A stretch of 64,000 nucleotides of DNA from Chlorokybus atmophyticus. Its lineage: Eukaryota; Plantae; Mesostigma and Chlorokybus algae. Each line of letters starts with the position of its first letter. Position 1 is the stretch's first letter. The position numbers and the translations under genes were made by a program. The notes beneath the pieces are model-generated. The model ran no database searches, was not told the DNA's origin, and saw only the letters and a program-made list of their open reading frames with translations. Positions 11,068-25,200 of the stretch are shown here, piece after piece. The stretch covers positions 62,001 through 126,000 of the forward strand of contig RHPI01003578.1 of assembly GCA_009103225.1 (NCBI GenBank), in the 5' to 3' direction.

Positions 11068-14000
11068 GGGTAAACCGCCCTAACTTCGTAACCTAACCTA
11101 TCTTCGTATAACCTAGTTAACAGGCGCTGTAGGGCGCATCTGTGCTCTGATTGGCTTGAGCCTTATAGGGTTGGTATTAGGCATGTGTAGGGTTCGTTTG
11201 AACCAAAAACGTTGTAAAACGGACAAATATGGTGGTTTATTCTATTGTTTGAATATAGACAAAATAAACCACAATTACCGTGTACATAATGTCATAACTT
11301 TGTTTGATTATAACTTTTGCAAATGTTGGCTAAATAGGATGAATCTAAGCGCAAACGATTGCTTGTGTAGTGCTTAATCTAATTCCCAAAGGTATTACAT
11401 TTGGGGCGGTGATGCAAAAGTTGCATGGTTAAGGGTGGGGGGGGTAACGCGTAAGATTTTGGGTGAGATGTAAAAGTGCAAGAGTGAGCGTTTGGGCTTG
11501 AAATTTGGCTTGGCGCCTTGTTCTAACGTGCTAGACTGTTTGAAATGTGTTAGTATAGTTGGCAATGCTTAGAAACTATAGTGGTGTGGTCAAGGTTGGG
11601 GTGGTGAGGATGTGAGGTGTCCGCATGCATATGCCACATAGTGTGTATGCAAGTGAGCGCATGCAAGTGTGGGGTTGTGAGCAGGTTTGAGGCAGCAGTG
11701 TAACGCATTAGGCTTGCTTAAGGATACAAGTTATAGCTGTGCCTACCTCAACCTCTACACTACTCGAGGCTACCAATGCGAGGCAGCAAGAGTGCACGGG
11801 TGGGTGATGTATGCCTCTGCACAGCATCATCATCCCTGTGGCATCCCACTCAGACCACCCATGTCTCACATATCGCTGCTCTGGTGTGTGTAGGGCAGCA
11901 AGCGGGTGAGAGCAAAGACCCCACGCAGCAAGGGTCCTCGAGGCCTCCACATGAGACATCACGCCAACGGCAGACATATCACGGGTTGTGAGTGCAGTCA
12001 GAGAAGGGTGCATAACGGTGGGTGCTGCAACCCAGGAGCTGAACATCCCATACACAACTTTACGTGACTACTGCACGCATCCTGAGAAGCTTGAGAAGCC
12101 AAGGTTAGCACTCAGCACCTGCCATTGCATGTGTTAGCAACTGCAGTTGTCAGCACACATTAGCAATGTGGTAGCAATGCATGTACATGAAAAGGCAACT
12201 GTTCTGATGTGCTATGCAACTGCGTGCAGGGGGCCAGGTGCACCCACTCTTGTAACTGATGCAGAGGAGGATGACCTGGCTGCCTACGTGATTGCTAGGA
12301 ACCAAGTCGGACGTGCAATAACTTGGACAGAGCCATGCCTTGAGGTGGGCAAACGTTTATCAAAAGACCCAAGAAGACTGTTGCTGAAGGATGGTGTACC
12401 TTGCCGGAAGTGGAGTGATGCATTCCAAGCTAGAAGGCACCTGTCATCACGCAAAGCTGAAGCTCTGGACCGTTCACGGAGGGTTGGCTTGAGCAGACCC
12501 GTTGTGGAGCACTACTTCAATGTGCTGGAGGAGGTTGTCAAGGACTTGGGGATGGGGCCGGACAGAATTATCTCCGCGGACGAGATAGGAGTTGAGCCTG
12601 ACACTGCCATGCAAAATCAGCGAGTGATTGTGGCAAGGTACGTGTATCCCTGTGTGTGCAATATATGCTTAGCTCAAGTGTGCAATGAATGTGACATACG
12701 TGTGCACATGCAGTGGTTCTAAGTGGGCACAAGCTGCAACAACGGGTTCAAGGGAACATGTTACCTTGATAGCCGCAGTCACTGGCGTTGGCTATGCATT
12801 CCCACCGCTGGTGATAGTGAAAGGACAGAGGCTGAGCAAGGATATTGATGGCTTTGCAAAGGGTGTGCCGCTTGCCCGCTTCAAGGCACGAGAAAATGCT
12901 TGGATGACCACCGAGATCTTTGAGCTCTGGGTGCAGATGATGGTGGACCACATTCCAGGAGGAGTCTCTGTTACCAAGCCTGCACTGCTTGTCATTGATG
13001 GCCATGTCAGCCGTTACAACGCAGCCATGACCACCTTCGCCAGAGAGCATGGACTACACATCCTCATCCTTCCACCCCACACAACTCACAGACTGCAAGT
13101 GCTGGACGTGAGTTGTTTCCACCCCTTCAAGGAAGAGTACCGCAAGCAATATGCAGCAAGGCAAAGAACACGTTACAACTACCACCTGGGCCGAGAGAAA
13201 TTCCTTAGCATGCTCGTACAGCCATTTCATGCATCCATGGCACCTCAGACCATCATCAGCGGCTTTCGTGCATGCGGACTCTGGCCGTTGAACAAGCATT
13301 GTGTGGACAAGTACCTGCCACCTGTTCTGCCCCAAGGACACCTTGGGGCTTTGCTGGATGCCATCAATGCTGAAGTTGCTGAGGATCCCGCTACCGACCA
13401 GGAAGCCCCCAACCCAGAGGGAGATGACTGCGCACCTGGCACAGAAGCACCAGCCAAGAAGAGGAGAGGGGTGAAGGCTGCCCACCTCCTCACCAGTGAG
13501 CAGATGCATGAAATGCTAGAAGAGCAAGATGCAGAAAAGGGGCGGAAGAGGCAGGACAAGATCAGAAGGCAAAAGGAAAGAGCTGACAAGGCTGAGGCTG
13601 CTAAGCACGCAGCTGCTCGGAAGGCAGCCAAGAAGGCTGCCAGTGAAGCCAAGAGGTTCTTGGAGGAACAGGAAAAGGAGGAGAGGAGAGCAGCCAGGCA
13701 AGACAAGCAGCAAGAGGCAGCCCAGAAGAAGGAGGAAGCTGAGGAGATCGCGCACAAGGTGCAGGAGCCAAGGGAGCAGACGAAGGCAGAGGCGATGGCG
13801 ATCCTGTGCCGCTACGAGTGGAACAGTGTCTTGTGTGACAACCAGCAAGGACTCCCTTTCCTTGACAGGTCTGAGGACTACGCAGACACCCGACTCGCCC
13901 CTCACCCAGCAGCCAAGGAAGCCGGAGCTAGGTGGAGAGCTAAGAGGAGAGCTGCAGCGCAAGCCAAAAGTCAGTAATGGCCAGCCATAGTAGAATCTGC

Positions 14001-14688
14001 AGACACATGTACATAGATTACTAGGACCATAGCTAGCGGCTTTAAACACACAACTATGCAACACACATGTGTGCATGCACAAGCTTACATGCACAGGCTT
14101 GCACGCATAGGATTGCTTGCACACACATGCTTGCACGCACACACATGCTTGCAAGCACATGCTGGCAGCACAGCAGGTAACATGCAAAGCACTTGGTTAC
14201 CTTGCGGCCAGCGCTGTGCACAGGGCCTCCAAGCCCGACAACGCCCAGGGTCATGCCCACGCCACCAGCGCCTGCGCCGCCCCCAAGCCTACAACATTGC
14301 AACACCTAAAGCTGCTTGGCGCCAAGGCTGCGCACACCCTTGGCGCCACGAAATGGCTGCAGCCATGCACAGGCCATCAAGGGCCTCAAAGCACTGCCTG
14401 CACCGCCCTGCCTGTCACTGACAGGCACTTCAACAGCCCTCACCACCCCTCAAACCCAGGCAATTACGAAATTAGGGCGAAAGTCACTTTTGGGATAAGC
14501 CCAAAAGTGGCCTACTTTGGCGCGCTACGGACAGCGCGTTACTTGACCATAAATGATGAAAAAATAACCATTATGTAGCTGATATTTTTCTCTACAAGAT
14601 GCCTATATACTTTACCGCCGCCAGATGATCACAGCGCCTGCAAAATGCTTAAAAACCTAAAAACCTACGAAGTTAGGGCGATTTACCC
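11068..14688 (+). mobile_element. pogo/Fot1-like (Tc1/mariner superfamily) DNA transposon, 3.6 kb
   Basis: 23-bp TIRs GGGTAAA[C/T]CGCCCTAACTTCGTA (11068-11090, 14666-14688; 1 mismatch), TA dinucleotide on both sides, internal DDE_1-type transposase. Confidence 0.92.
11960..13977 (+). CDS. DD35D pogo-type transposase, spliced; 5' end apparently disrupted
   Basis: psq-like HTH (AVREGCITVGAATQELNIPYTTLRDY), intron 12104-12229, CENP-B-like HTH (GPGAPTLVTDAEEDDL), intron 12638-12713, catalytic ISADE / LVIDGH / QVLD with 35 residues between the last two D; K/E/A-rich C-terminal tail; in-frame TGA just upstream of the psq exon; start coordinate approximate. Confidence 0.88.
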
Positions 14689-16246
14689 TAGTGAGTGAAT
14701 TCCCCCATTCACTCGCGGCCGTCGGAATTTATAACTAATCACTCGTGGAGAGTGTGGAGCATTGGCTGCAGCCCCGAGCTCGGGCCCGCAGTCTCGTACT
14801 ATGGTTACTACAACTCAACACCCCCTAATTTATAGGGCTTTGTTTGTGAGGCGGGGTTGTTTTCGCATCACTACGGTATCGGTATACGAAAATAGGGTCG
14901 TTTACTAGATCGGGGCGATTTACCCTACACCGCTACACCCGGTGCGAAACGGCCCTTAACTTGGGGACAGGGTTCTTTTGGCTGTCTGCAAGGTGATTGT
15001 ACATGCGTGACCGAATTCGAGACTATTAATTAAACTTATTGCTTAACGGCGAAACCGCTGTCAACGGCAGTGATATAGACCTGGGTCATTCCGCGGGTTT
15101 GCAGCTGGACTCCTTTTACTTCCGCCCGGAAACAAAAGCTTCCTAACAAATGATGGAAGTTCCAGCAACAATGTCATACCTATATGGCGAGCCTTGCCTT
15201 CCGGAATTGCCTTCAATGACACTAACAGTAAGGTAATTGATGAAAAGTCGTCCTGTAAGCCGTTGACGTGCATGTAATATCTCAATGTAAGCAAGACAGT
15301 GACTACTTGTAGTATATAACCATTCTATACGCTTAAGATGAAATTAAACCTATAGATCAATTAGAAAGCCAATAGTTACTGACATTCCGCCAACGAATGG
15401 AAAGTTCTGTCAGCTGACGGAAGGGAAAAACTGCGTGTGAGCACGCCACTTTTCCATTTCGAACACAGACGCTTTCGGATGGGAAGTTGGCTCCGTTCAG
15501 GAAAGGGCACAGGTGTACAGTGACGGGGAACACACGTTTCCGTTGCAGTGTTGGGGCGGGGCTTTTGGAAGGACGCCTTCCGGGGGAGGCTGGGAAAAGA
15601 TCGCGATCTGCAACGGGAGCCGGTTCGCGCGAGATGTCCAGTCGTCGGCGGCTCAGCCGCTGGCACCTTGCTTCAAGTTGCGGTGGCGCGCATGGTCGCA
15701 TTGAAGATTGACTGCTTCAATTGCCTCAATGATCTCTGTCAGTCTGCACCGCACGCCGAAACGCCGTTCCGCGTCCCGTTGGGCTTTGCTTGAACCGCCG
15801 TTAAGGCTCCTAAGTTGTCAACGTGCCGCGTTGTGGTTGGCGCACGTCCCCCCTCTCCGCACATAAAAGATCTCATCACGCAGCGTTGTCACTGAAGTAT
15901 CGCCTGGTTGCAACCATCCCCCGCTGGACTGTTTTTTGGAGTTGGAGTTGGGAGTTGGAGTTGTTTGGCGGGCGGCAGCCTCGGTTTTCAGATCTGCAGC
16001 GACTGGCTAGCTTGATACGGCAGCACGACGAAAGCGGCAGCGGCGGCGGCGGGGGAAAGGTCAGTGGCGGTAACAGCGGCAGCGCACGGGGGAGGCGGGG
16101 GTGGCGGAGCGAGGCGGTTGCGTAGAGCAAGCCTGTCTGGGAAGGAGAGCAGGACGCTTGACCAAAGGTGAACGCACCGGTGGTAACGGCGGCGGCATTG
16201 TGCGCGCCCCGTGCCAGCCAGACACACCCGCCGCCCGCCTGTCCAT

Positions 16247-18573
16247 ATGGTGGCAGCAGGTGCGGGCTCATCTCGGAAACGATGGCTTGCTGGTCTGTTT
16301 ACCTGCAATGCGCTGCCTATCGCATTATACCGACCGCACGACTGTATTGAACCGCTGCACTGGGCTTGTGATCATGCACATGCTTCACCTGCTGGTTGTC
16401 AAAGTGAGTCAACATCATTGGCTCAGGCTGCTGCAACCTCGGTTAGCTTCTAACATAAAGCTGCAATGCTCCACGTCAAGTCGTCGACACCGCATTGTTC
16501 AAAGCAGCGTAAGCTCAACGTCGTGTCATAACACTACGACAGCGCTACAAGTACCATATCGTGACATGACTTGTTTGTCTCAACCTTGTCAAGACTGGCT
16601 TTCGTGGGGTTTTCAGCCGCAGCATCTCAATTAGTTCAACTGTGCAGATGCCGCTGCCGAACAGGTCGTGTCTGTTGAAAACATTGTGAAGCCACACACC
16701 CGGATCATCACCGAAGAGGAACTCGCCAAACACAATTCCGCCAAGGACTGCTGGCTCGCCATCAACGGGAAGGTATGTTACAGACCAGCATTGCCGCCAT
16801 TGTCCAAGTCTGCATGCCTGGCTTTATCAAGCGATGGTGATGAGTTGGTGTCCTGCCATTGTATGCAAGCTCGTGCGTGGAGCAACTTGCCAATGCCCGC
16901 ATGCGTGCAGGTCTACGATGTGACAACATGGCTGTCAAAGCACCCTGGTGGCGGTCTGGTGCTGGTCAACTGCAGCGGTCGGGATGCCACGGACGCGTTT
17001 CTGGCATATCACAAGCCTCCTGTGAGCACAGCACAGTCAGCCGGTCTGTCGTCGGGCGTCGCACACCCGCATCCACTTTGGCACGGGCACACGCGCATGC
17101 GGGCTGATTGTTGTCGGCGAATGCGCCCCGCAGGCGAGGAAGTACTTGAGGGCCTTTGAGATCGGGGAGCTGGCTACGAAAGATGCCGAGCTGGATCCGC
17201 TCACGAAGGACTACCGCGAGATGCTGGCGGAGCTGGAGACCTCCGAGCTCATGCGCGCGAGGGCGGGCTACTACGCGAGGCACTGCCTTCTGGTGCTTAT
17301 GTTCTTGGTAGCGGCAGTGGTGCTTGTCAGGCTCTCGCACCATCCCGTAGCCCTTGCGGTCAGCTCTTTCTGCCTGGCGCTTTTCTGGCAGCAGTGCGCG
17401 TTCATCGGCCACGACAGCGGACACAATGGCATCTTCCAGGACAACAAAGCCGACAGCATCCTTGGCGTCATCGCGGGTGACCTCCTCACCGGCATCAGCA
17501 TTGGGTGGTGGAAGGTGTGTTTAACGACGTGCATTGGTGTGGTAAGCCAGTAATGCAGGTCTAACGTGCGATTGCTCTCGTGCAGAGGACGCACAACAAC
17601 CACCATGTGGTGTGCAACAGTGTCGACCACGACCCTGATATTCAACATGTGCCGTTCATCGCCATCACCACCAAGTTTTTCAACTCCGTGCACTCCTTTT
17701 ACAAGGGCCACGAGATGCCGTTTGATAGCTTTGCACGATGCATGGTCTCCTGCCAGGTATGTGACCCACTCCAACATGTGTCATATGAAACACCCAATAT
17801 TCGGTGCAGCGCTGATCGGAGTGGTTACCCTTCACACAGTCTACAAACTCATACGCGTGTGTCCTCGCAGCATTACACATTCTACATACTGATGACGGTG
17901 GCGAGGATCAACCTGTGGGCGCAGAGCGTGGGCACCATGATTTACACAGAGGATGTGAAGTTGCGCACCGCCGAGTGCGTGGCACTGAGCGTGCACTGGC
18001 TCTGGCTGGGAGCGCTGCTGTCGTACGTGCCCACATGGAGTGGGAAAGCTGCGTATCTTGCCTTTGCATGCGCAGTCTCCGGCATCCTGCACGTTCAGGT
18101 GAGTGCCAATGGTATGCGCATGGTGTAGTATGGGTGTGTGCGCGCATGTGCGTGTGTCACGTATGAACTTCTGGTCTGTGTGGCAGATTTGCCTGAGCCA
18201 CAAATCGATGCACACGTATTTGGGTTTGCCGGAGGACGGGTCGTGGGTGAAGATGCAGATGGCGACGACGATGGACGTGGCGTGCCCGCGCTGGATGGAC
18301 TGGTTCCACGGCGGCCTACAGAACCAGATCGAGCACCACCTCTTCCCTCGCGTGCCACGCCACAACCTGCGCCACCTTACTCCCCGCGTGCGCGAGCTCT
18401 GCGCCCGCTACAACGTGCCCTACAAGTCCGTCTCCTTCTTCCATGCCAATGTCATCCTCATGCGCAGCCTCCGCAGCGTCGCCCTCGCGGCGCGCGCAGC
18501 AGAATGCAGCAGCGCCTCCAAGCACGCCGTCGCCAACTCCCCGCTCTGGGACGCACTCAACCTGCAAGGCTAG
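16247..18573 (+). CDS. Cytochrome b5-fusion front-end desaturase (Delta8-sphingolipid / Delta6-like)
   Basis: Exons 16648-16772, 16911-17021, 17134-17514, 17586-17756, 17871-18098, 18187-18573 splice in frame at GT-AG; HPGG, HDSGH, HNNHH and QIEHHLFP motifs; first micro-exon 16247-16259 (MVAA) is inferred. Confidence 0.93.
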
Positions 18574-19559
18574 AGAGGACACACATGCACACATCACATC
18601 AGTGTCACTGCACCGCACCAGGCACATGCACTCTCACTTCATGTAGTTAGTCATTCATTGATTCATTCGTTTTGCAGCCTCTTCTACTGTTAGCAGTAGG
18701 ATAGCAGCGATGTTTTGCACACAGGATGGAGTCAGAGAGTTTTGGGTGTTTCATGCGAGAGCTTTTAGCGTGGACAGCAGGTCAGTTTGTAGAACGTCAT
18801 GAAGGAGTTGTAGAGCTACCATAGCCGTAGCCAATTGTTTCATGGAACGATTTGTCGTGGGCTTTGCTTAGTCAAGTGGCCAGTTGTGTTGTGGCATCAA
18901 TTCTGCGTGCAGGTGTGCAGTGCTTGTGTCTTGCATGGAGTAATGGATGCGGTGTTGTGTGGCCATTGCTATTGAACGTCTCTGAGTGTTTAGGCTTGCT
19001 TATGATATGAGAAGACTTGCCTGCCGCTGTGCCTTCTTGCAAACTGCTTACAGCTCTGATTGACCAAAGCTTACCCTCCACCAGATGACGCAGAATTGTC
19101 AATTGCTTACTTACATGTCAGGCAAGCAAGTCGCTGCAACTCAGTGCAGAATCTCAATGCAACGCGCCCACCTTGTGCAGTGCATGGCAGAATACGTGTG
19201 AGAGTACATGTTTTGCACAATTGATGTGCAGCAGGTTGACTTGACACACAATGTTCATTCAACCAACGCCTTGATAGAATTAGCAGTGGGTCATCCGCTA
19301 GCAACTTGTGTATGTAGCTGAGTAGCCTGCATCAGCAACTGCTGGCTGTATAGGCTGGAGAGAACCGCTCATTTGTTTGCAGCGCAATCAAGAGACACCA
19401 TTGCGGGCAGCATATCACAAACGCATATCACTGCCAAATCTGTGCCAATTGTACACACTACTAACTGGTATCAACCCACTTGGTGGCGCTGCACTTGCGT
19501 AGCCAAGCACAATTTCGTGAATGAATGAATGTCTACACACAATGTGGCGTTGAACTTCT

Positions 19560-21342
19560 CTAACAGCTGTCCTCGACAAGCACATTTCGTCGTGACAGCA
19601 TCTCAATGTCCCGCTCAATCTGCGTCAACTGCTCCTCATACCTGCCGGGCAAGGAGCACATAAAGGGTGAGTGAGAGGTGTCGCTCACTCACAGCAAGCA
19701 GGTGGTAGACTGAGGCGAGTTCCTCACCTCTCTTTGCGTGTCTTTTTGGCCTGCGTGTCTAGTGTGAAGGACATCTTCTGGTAGGCCTCGTTGACGCGCT
19801 GCCACTTCTCCTTCAGCCCGATGATCAGCGCCTCTCGCTCACCCTCGTCCATCCGCCTCACAGACGACTGTGGTTGTTGTGAGTATGCTGTCAACATCTC
19901 ACCCAATCATGTACGCACACGCACACACATGCCCACGCTCACGCACACGCGCGTGCTTACGTCGTGTGCGCTTGCTGTTGCCTCCTGTTCTGCGCGGTAC
20001 TCCTCAATCTGCTGCTGCTCCTGTCGCACCCTCTCCTTGACGGTGTTCAGGTACTTGGGCACCTTCCCGTAGCCGGGACGCTCCACAGACAACGACTCCT
20101 TCTCAGAAAGACGACGAGGCTCTGAACACACACACACACACACATCACAACACGCTGTCACTTTGAGTGCATGACTCTTTTTATTCTCACATCCGTGTTA
20201 TGGTATTATGTATGCCTGGGCGTATGACAGCAGCAGTGATCCTTGTTGGTCACTCACTTGAGAGGATGGTGTCGATGGCGTTGGACGAGATGAAGTTCTT
20301 GGTGCTCTTAAGCCCGTACACCTGTGTGCAAGTGCGTCCATGCTGAGTTGTCGAGTGTTGCTGTCATCTCACGCTCACGCTCACGCTGATGCTGATGCTG
20401 CCACTACTGACCATGTTCGTGCAGGGTGTATGTATAGTACTCATACTTACCGGCTCATCCAATGGGATGGCGGGCTTCACCTTTGCCTTGGCGGTCGTCA
20501 CCGGCTTGGCTGCGCACGACAACACCACAAGGTCAGTGGTTGAGTCAAAAATGTCACCCAGTGCCAGGTGGCTTCATCATCGTTCTTCTTATCGACGGCG
20601 ACACACGACACCACATGACATGGTATGGCATGGCTGCTTACGGTCTGGTAGTATCATCTCCTTCTCGTGCTTCCCTGTCCACCTCCTGGGGTCGGCCTTG
20701 CAGCTGCCATCGGGAGGGCCGAACGTGGCCGCAGGCTTACGCAAGCGCGGGCCAAGAGAGAACGTCGCAGGGTCAACCTTACCGCTGAACCTGGTGGACA
20801 TAGGGTCGTGCGTTGGTACGCACGCGTGTATGATCGTACTGTCTGCGAGCGTTACTTGCAGGTGGCAAGCGTGATCAACCCCTGCTGTTGCTTTGATGAT
20901 AATGTGTGACACGCCAAAGGGACTGGGCTCCGCTCATTGACCCGGGGGATGCAGCTGAGGCAAGCTTGAGAGTAGCAGTCAAGAGCTGAGCCAAGCGTGC
21001 TCCTTATAGCGTCATCATAGAGTATCGCTGTGTGCAACAGACGGTACAAAGATGGCTACCACGCCCTAGGCCTCTATGTACATGATGCACGGGGTCGTCG
21101 CGTGCATCACGTATGTTCAACAACAACTGTGCCAGTACAAAGCGCAATCGTGGGCTCTACCTTATGCGAGTGTCTGAGAGTGTGTGTGTGTGCGCGTCCG
21201 TGCGCACATGTCAGCGGGTGTTCGTGCGCGCTTGTGTGCGTGTGTGGGTGTTTGCTTACTTGCTGCGGTATATGGGTGGTTTTTCCGGGTGCTCCTCTGG
21301 TGCTGGTATGAGTCTGTAGATGCTCTCCTGCTCTTCCGGCAT
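19560..21342 (-). CDS. ENKUR: Enkurin (axonemal protein, FAP106-like)
   Basis: Spliced minus-strand exons give MPEEQESIYRLIP, KPAATFGPP, KNFISSNAIDTIL, GYGKVPKYL, EREALIIGLKEKWQRVNEAYQKM, RYEEQLTQIERDIEMLS...*; ATG 21342, stop 19560-19562. Confidence 0.9.
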
Positions 21343-22240
21343 CCCCCCCTCCCCCTTGGACCAACCCATCCTCCCCCTGCTCCTGCTGTTGCTGCCACTG
21401 CAAGCAGGCAAGCTAAGCTGTTGCCTCCGCCCGTCTGTAACCCTCTGCTCCCTACTGCTTGACACTACGCTCAGTGCTAATCACCAAGGCCTGACCTTGG
21501 CGGCCGTGCGGGTGGTATGTCAATGGTATGCTCAGCTGGTGGTACGTCAGCTTGGGGAGCAGGCCTAAAGCCGACCCACACAGCTACTACTACTACTACT
21601 ACCCCGTGTCCTCCCGCCCCCCCCCCCCCGACTCTGGTCAAAATGGCCCTGGAGAGGCAACACACACGCCTACGCCTAGGCACACAGAGACACGTCCACG
21701 TGCCACGTGCGCGGCGGAGTCGCGTCGCCGGACTCTTTGTGACTCTATTTCTGGCACTGTCGGGGCAGGAAAAGGCTTGTTTCGACCTAAAAGCACGCCG
21801 TACTGCACAAAGTCCAAGCAGCGACAAAATAGTACAGTGGGGTAACCTAATACTGCCACGCGTGGGTCGAGATGCGGGCGCCCGGGCACACGCTGGTCTG
21901 TCTCGGGGGAGCACCGGATCGACAGCCCGAGCAGGAGGCTGCATGCGGTAGCCCGCTTGAGCGCACTCGGTCAAACGCTGGCCTGGCGGCAAAGGCACCC
22001 CACCTCGTTTTTGGTACACATTGGATCTCATAATAGGACGGAGGTTCCCCCCGCCCACCCCCCCCCAAACACCCTCCGACTGGACCATCCGCATAGCATC
22101 GGCGGCGGCGGCGGAGGCAGTGAGAGGCTCGGTGGCGTTGAGGTGGGCACGGCTGTAGGCTGACCCCGTTGATGCAGCAGCGTAGCTTGTAGCAGGACAG
22201 GAGCAAAAGAAGGGGGTGGTTGTGCGTGTGGCTGCTCGCA

Positions 22241-25200
22241 ATGGCTGTCGGTGACCCCCCGCCGCCCAGCAAGTCCTCCAGCATGAAAAGCCTGGGCGCA
22301 GGAGGAGGAGGAGGAGGAGGAGGAGGAGGAGGGGCATCGCTCTCCTCCTCGGGGAACAGGTCATCCAGGACCAGCGGCGACAGAGACAGCAAGCGTGAGG
22401 GGGCCGGAGGCGCAGGCGCCAACAGCAGCGCTGCGTCCAGGGACAGGCTGGGGGCGGGGACGGGGGCGGGCGCCACCAATGGCAATGGCACTAGCAGTAG
22501 CCGTCCGTCGTCTGCGGCAAACAGCAGCGGTCCCAGCTCACCCACGTCGCTGCCGCCCAAGCCGAGCACGCCTGCCTCCGCCGACAGGACGCCGTCGGGT
22601 CGCCGCCCGCGAGGCACCGTCACGCGATCCAGCTCGCAAACAGACCTATCAGGTGGATGGGATGGGATGGGATGACAGACAGCATCACGGGGATGATTAT
22701 CCATCGCATCGCATTGCATCCCGGTTGAATGTGTTGGGTGGTGGCCAGCGGCATTAGTATCTATCGCAACCGTGACGTTGGCTTGTCAATCACGATATGC
22801 GTGGGCTGGGCCGTTGATATGGATTTTGAGGTCGGTGAATGCGTCCGCTGCTGTTGAGAGAGCGTGGCACGGGCTCTGAGTAAACAAACCAGCTTTCAGT
22901 AGTAGTAGTTGCGTTTTGGTGAATCTGTCGAGTGCAGCAGTTGATTTGCAACGATCGCTTTTGTGTCGTCAGTCAATCTGTAGTTGTATAGGGACAGCAT
23001 GGCTGCTAGCGTATCAACTGCCAGTGGATCACCGCGGGGGTTGGAAGGGGAGAGGGAGGCCTTGACTCACATTCACACATTGTCGTGCGCCTGGGGACTG
23101 CGCACGGCCAACCCACACCACCACCTTCAGATGCTTAAGTCGCTCATAAAGTCAACAACAGCCTTGCATTCCAACTCCATGGGGCTACAACCGCAGCTGG
23201 TCCACGTCTTGCTCTCTTTGGTTTGAAGTAATGATGTGATTGGGTCAGCCTGAATGTTGGACCTCTCTCAGGCTGTTTCAAGTATAGCCTGTAACGGTTT
23301 GGAGATGTGCGCAGCATGTGTTTGCGGCTGCACTGGTGTTGTGATGCGAGGCATGGGGTACAGTGGTTACAATCTCTCAACTGCGATGCCCCAATGCAGG
23401 GCGTGTGCGTGTGGCCGTCCGGTGCCGGCCGATGAACGAGGACGAGAAGCGTGCGGATGCGGACGCACGCTACCTCAGCCTGCTGCCTGAGGTGAGATAT
23501 ATACAAATACGTACCATCAAACAGCATGGGAATGCTCACTGTTGTTGTTGTTGTTGTTGTAATTGTTTTGACCAAATGTCTCTCCATCCTGTGTTTTCAG
23601 ACGAACCAGGCGGTTGTTCAGAAGAACCACTGGGAGAGCGACAAGTACTTCTTCGACGCGGTGTTCCCCGAGTACACCTCTCAGACGCGCATCTACGACA
23701 CGGTGGCCAAGCCCGTCGTGGAGAGCGTGCTCCGCGGCTACAACGGGACCGTGATGGCGTACGGTCAGACGGGCACGGGAAAGACGTTCACGCTGGGACA
23801 CCTCGGAAGAGACGACGTCAGCCTGAGAGGCATCATGCCGCGCGCGGTAGAAGACATCATCGAGATGTGCGACAGGCCGGGAGACAAGATCACAATGTCA
23901 TACATACAGGTCAGCGTCGAGACCGCGAACCGCGTGTCGTGCCAACCACCATGTATACAACGTAGCATGGTTTTCAAGTTGCGGTTGTTCCTGACGATGT
24001 TGCGTGTGCAGTTGTACATGGAGAAGGTGCAAGACCTGTTGGCGTCGTCGCAAGAGGAACTCGCCATCCAAGAGGACTCCAAGACAGGGGAAGTGTCCAT
24101 ACCAGGTGAGTGGCAGTCGTTTATGAGACTGTGACTATTCCTGTGACTGCGGGTGTGTGTGCCTGCTTGTTGACAAAGTCAAACACACCACAGGTGCCAT
24201 TGTGAAAGAGGTGCGCAAGCTTGACGAGTTTGCGGAGCTTCTGGAGCTCGGCGAGAAGAATCGCGTGGTGGCCAACCAGAAGATGAACACCAACTCGTCG
24301 CGCTCGCACGCCGTCCTCATGATCAACGTCTCAAGGTCAGCACACGCTCCTGACCAGACAATTGTTTTGCGCCGTGCACTGCGAGTGACTCAAAGCCACA
24401 TCACTACGTGCAGGCCGCCCGACCCATCAGAGCTTTCGGGAGGAACTAGCAAGGCGGAATTGCTGCAGAGCAGCGTCATGAAGAAGGGGAAGCTCCTCAT
24501 TGTGGACCTCGCCGGCTCAGAGCGAGTCAACAAGACAGGAAGCGAGGGTGTTATGTTTGACGAGGCCAAGTTCATCAACCTGTCTTTGACTTCTCTCGGC
24601 AAGTGCATCAATGCCCTTAGCAGCGACCAGCCGGGACACATCCCGTACAGGGACTCAAAGCTCACACGCATACTCAAGGACTCATTTGGCGGTGAGTGAG
24701 GAGGCACTGTCTCAGCAACCACCCCTTACATGTAGCTTGTCAATTGTGCCTGACCCTAGCTTCAACACGCAGGCACTGCACGCACCTCCATGATTGTGAC
24801 CGTCGGGCCAGCGGCGTCAAACAGGAGCGAAACCATGAGCACCATCTTGTTCGGACAGCGCGTACGTGCATTGACGATTGCTCTCAGGGACAAAGCACTG
24901 TTGTTGGCATGCACCCTAACAGTGTTGCTTTCGTTTTGCGTTGATGTCTGTGAGTCTAACTCTCATTGGCATCATTGCAGGCGTTGAAGATTGAGAACAC
25001 ACTCAAGCAGCGAGAGGAAGTGGACTACAAGGGACTCAGCACGCGATTGAGGGTACGGATTGCATCAATCTTGTTACCTTTCTTATGTGGAGCGCATAAT
25101 GCACTCAAAGAAAATGGTCACCCCTTTTTGAACAACATTGATGGCCAACTGATTCCTGTGTATGCGTTTGCAGGAAGAGATGGAGCGCATGGCGGCCATG

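Noticed and set aside
21477-22364. 295-aa minus-strand ORF with a signal-peptide-like MPLLLLLLLLLLL
   Set aside because: The Leu run is the antisense of the (GGA)n poly-Gly tract in ARK exon 1, which splices in phase to the motor domain; shadow ORF
21847-22719. 290-aa minus-strand ORF
   Set aside because: Antisense shadow of the GC-rich ARK first exon
22984-23226. Short ORF inside ARK intron 1 as an extra exon
   Set aside because: Available acceptors give a stop or an implausible frame, and exon 1 already joins 23400 in phase
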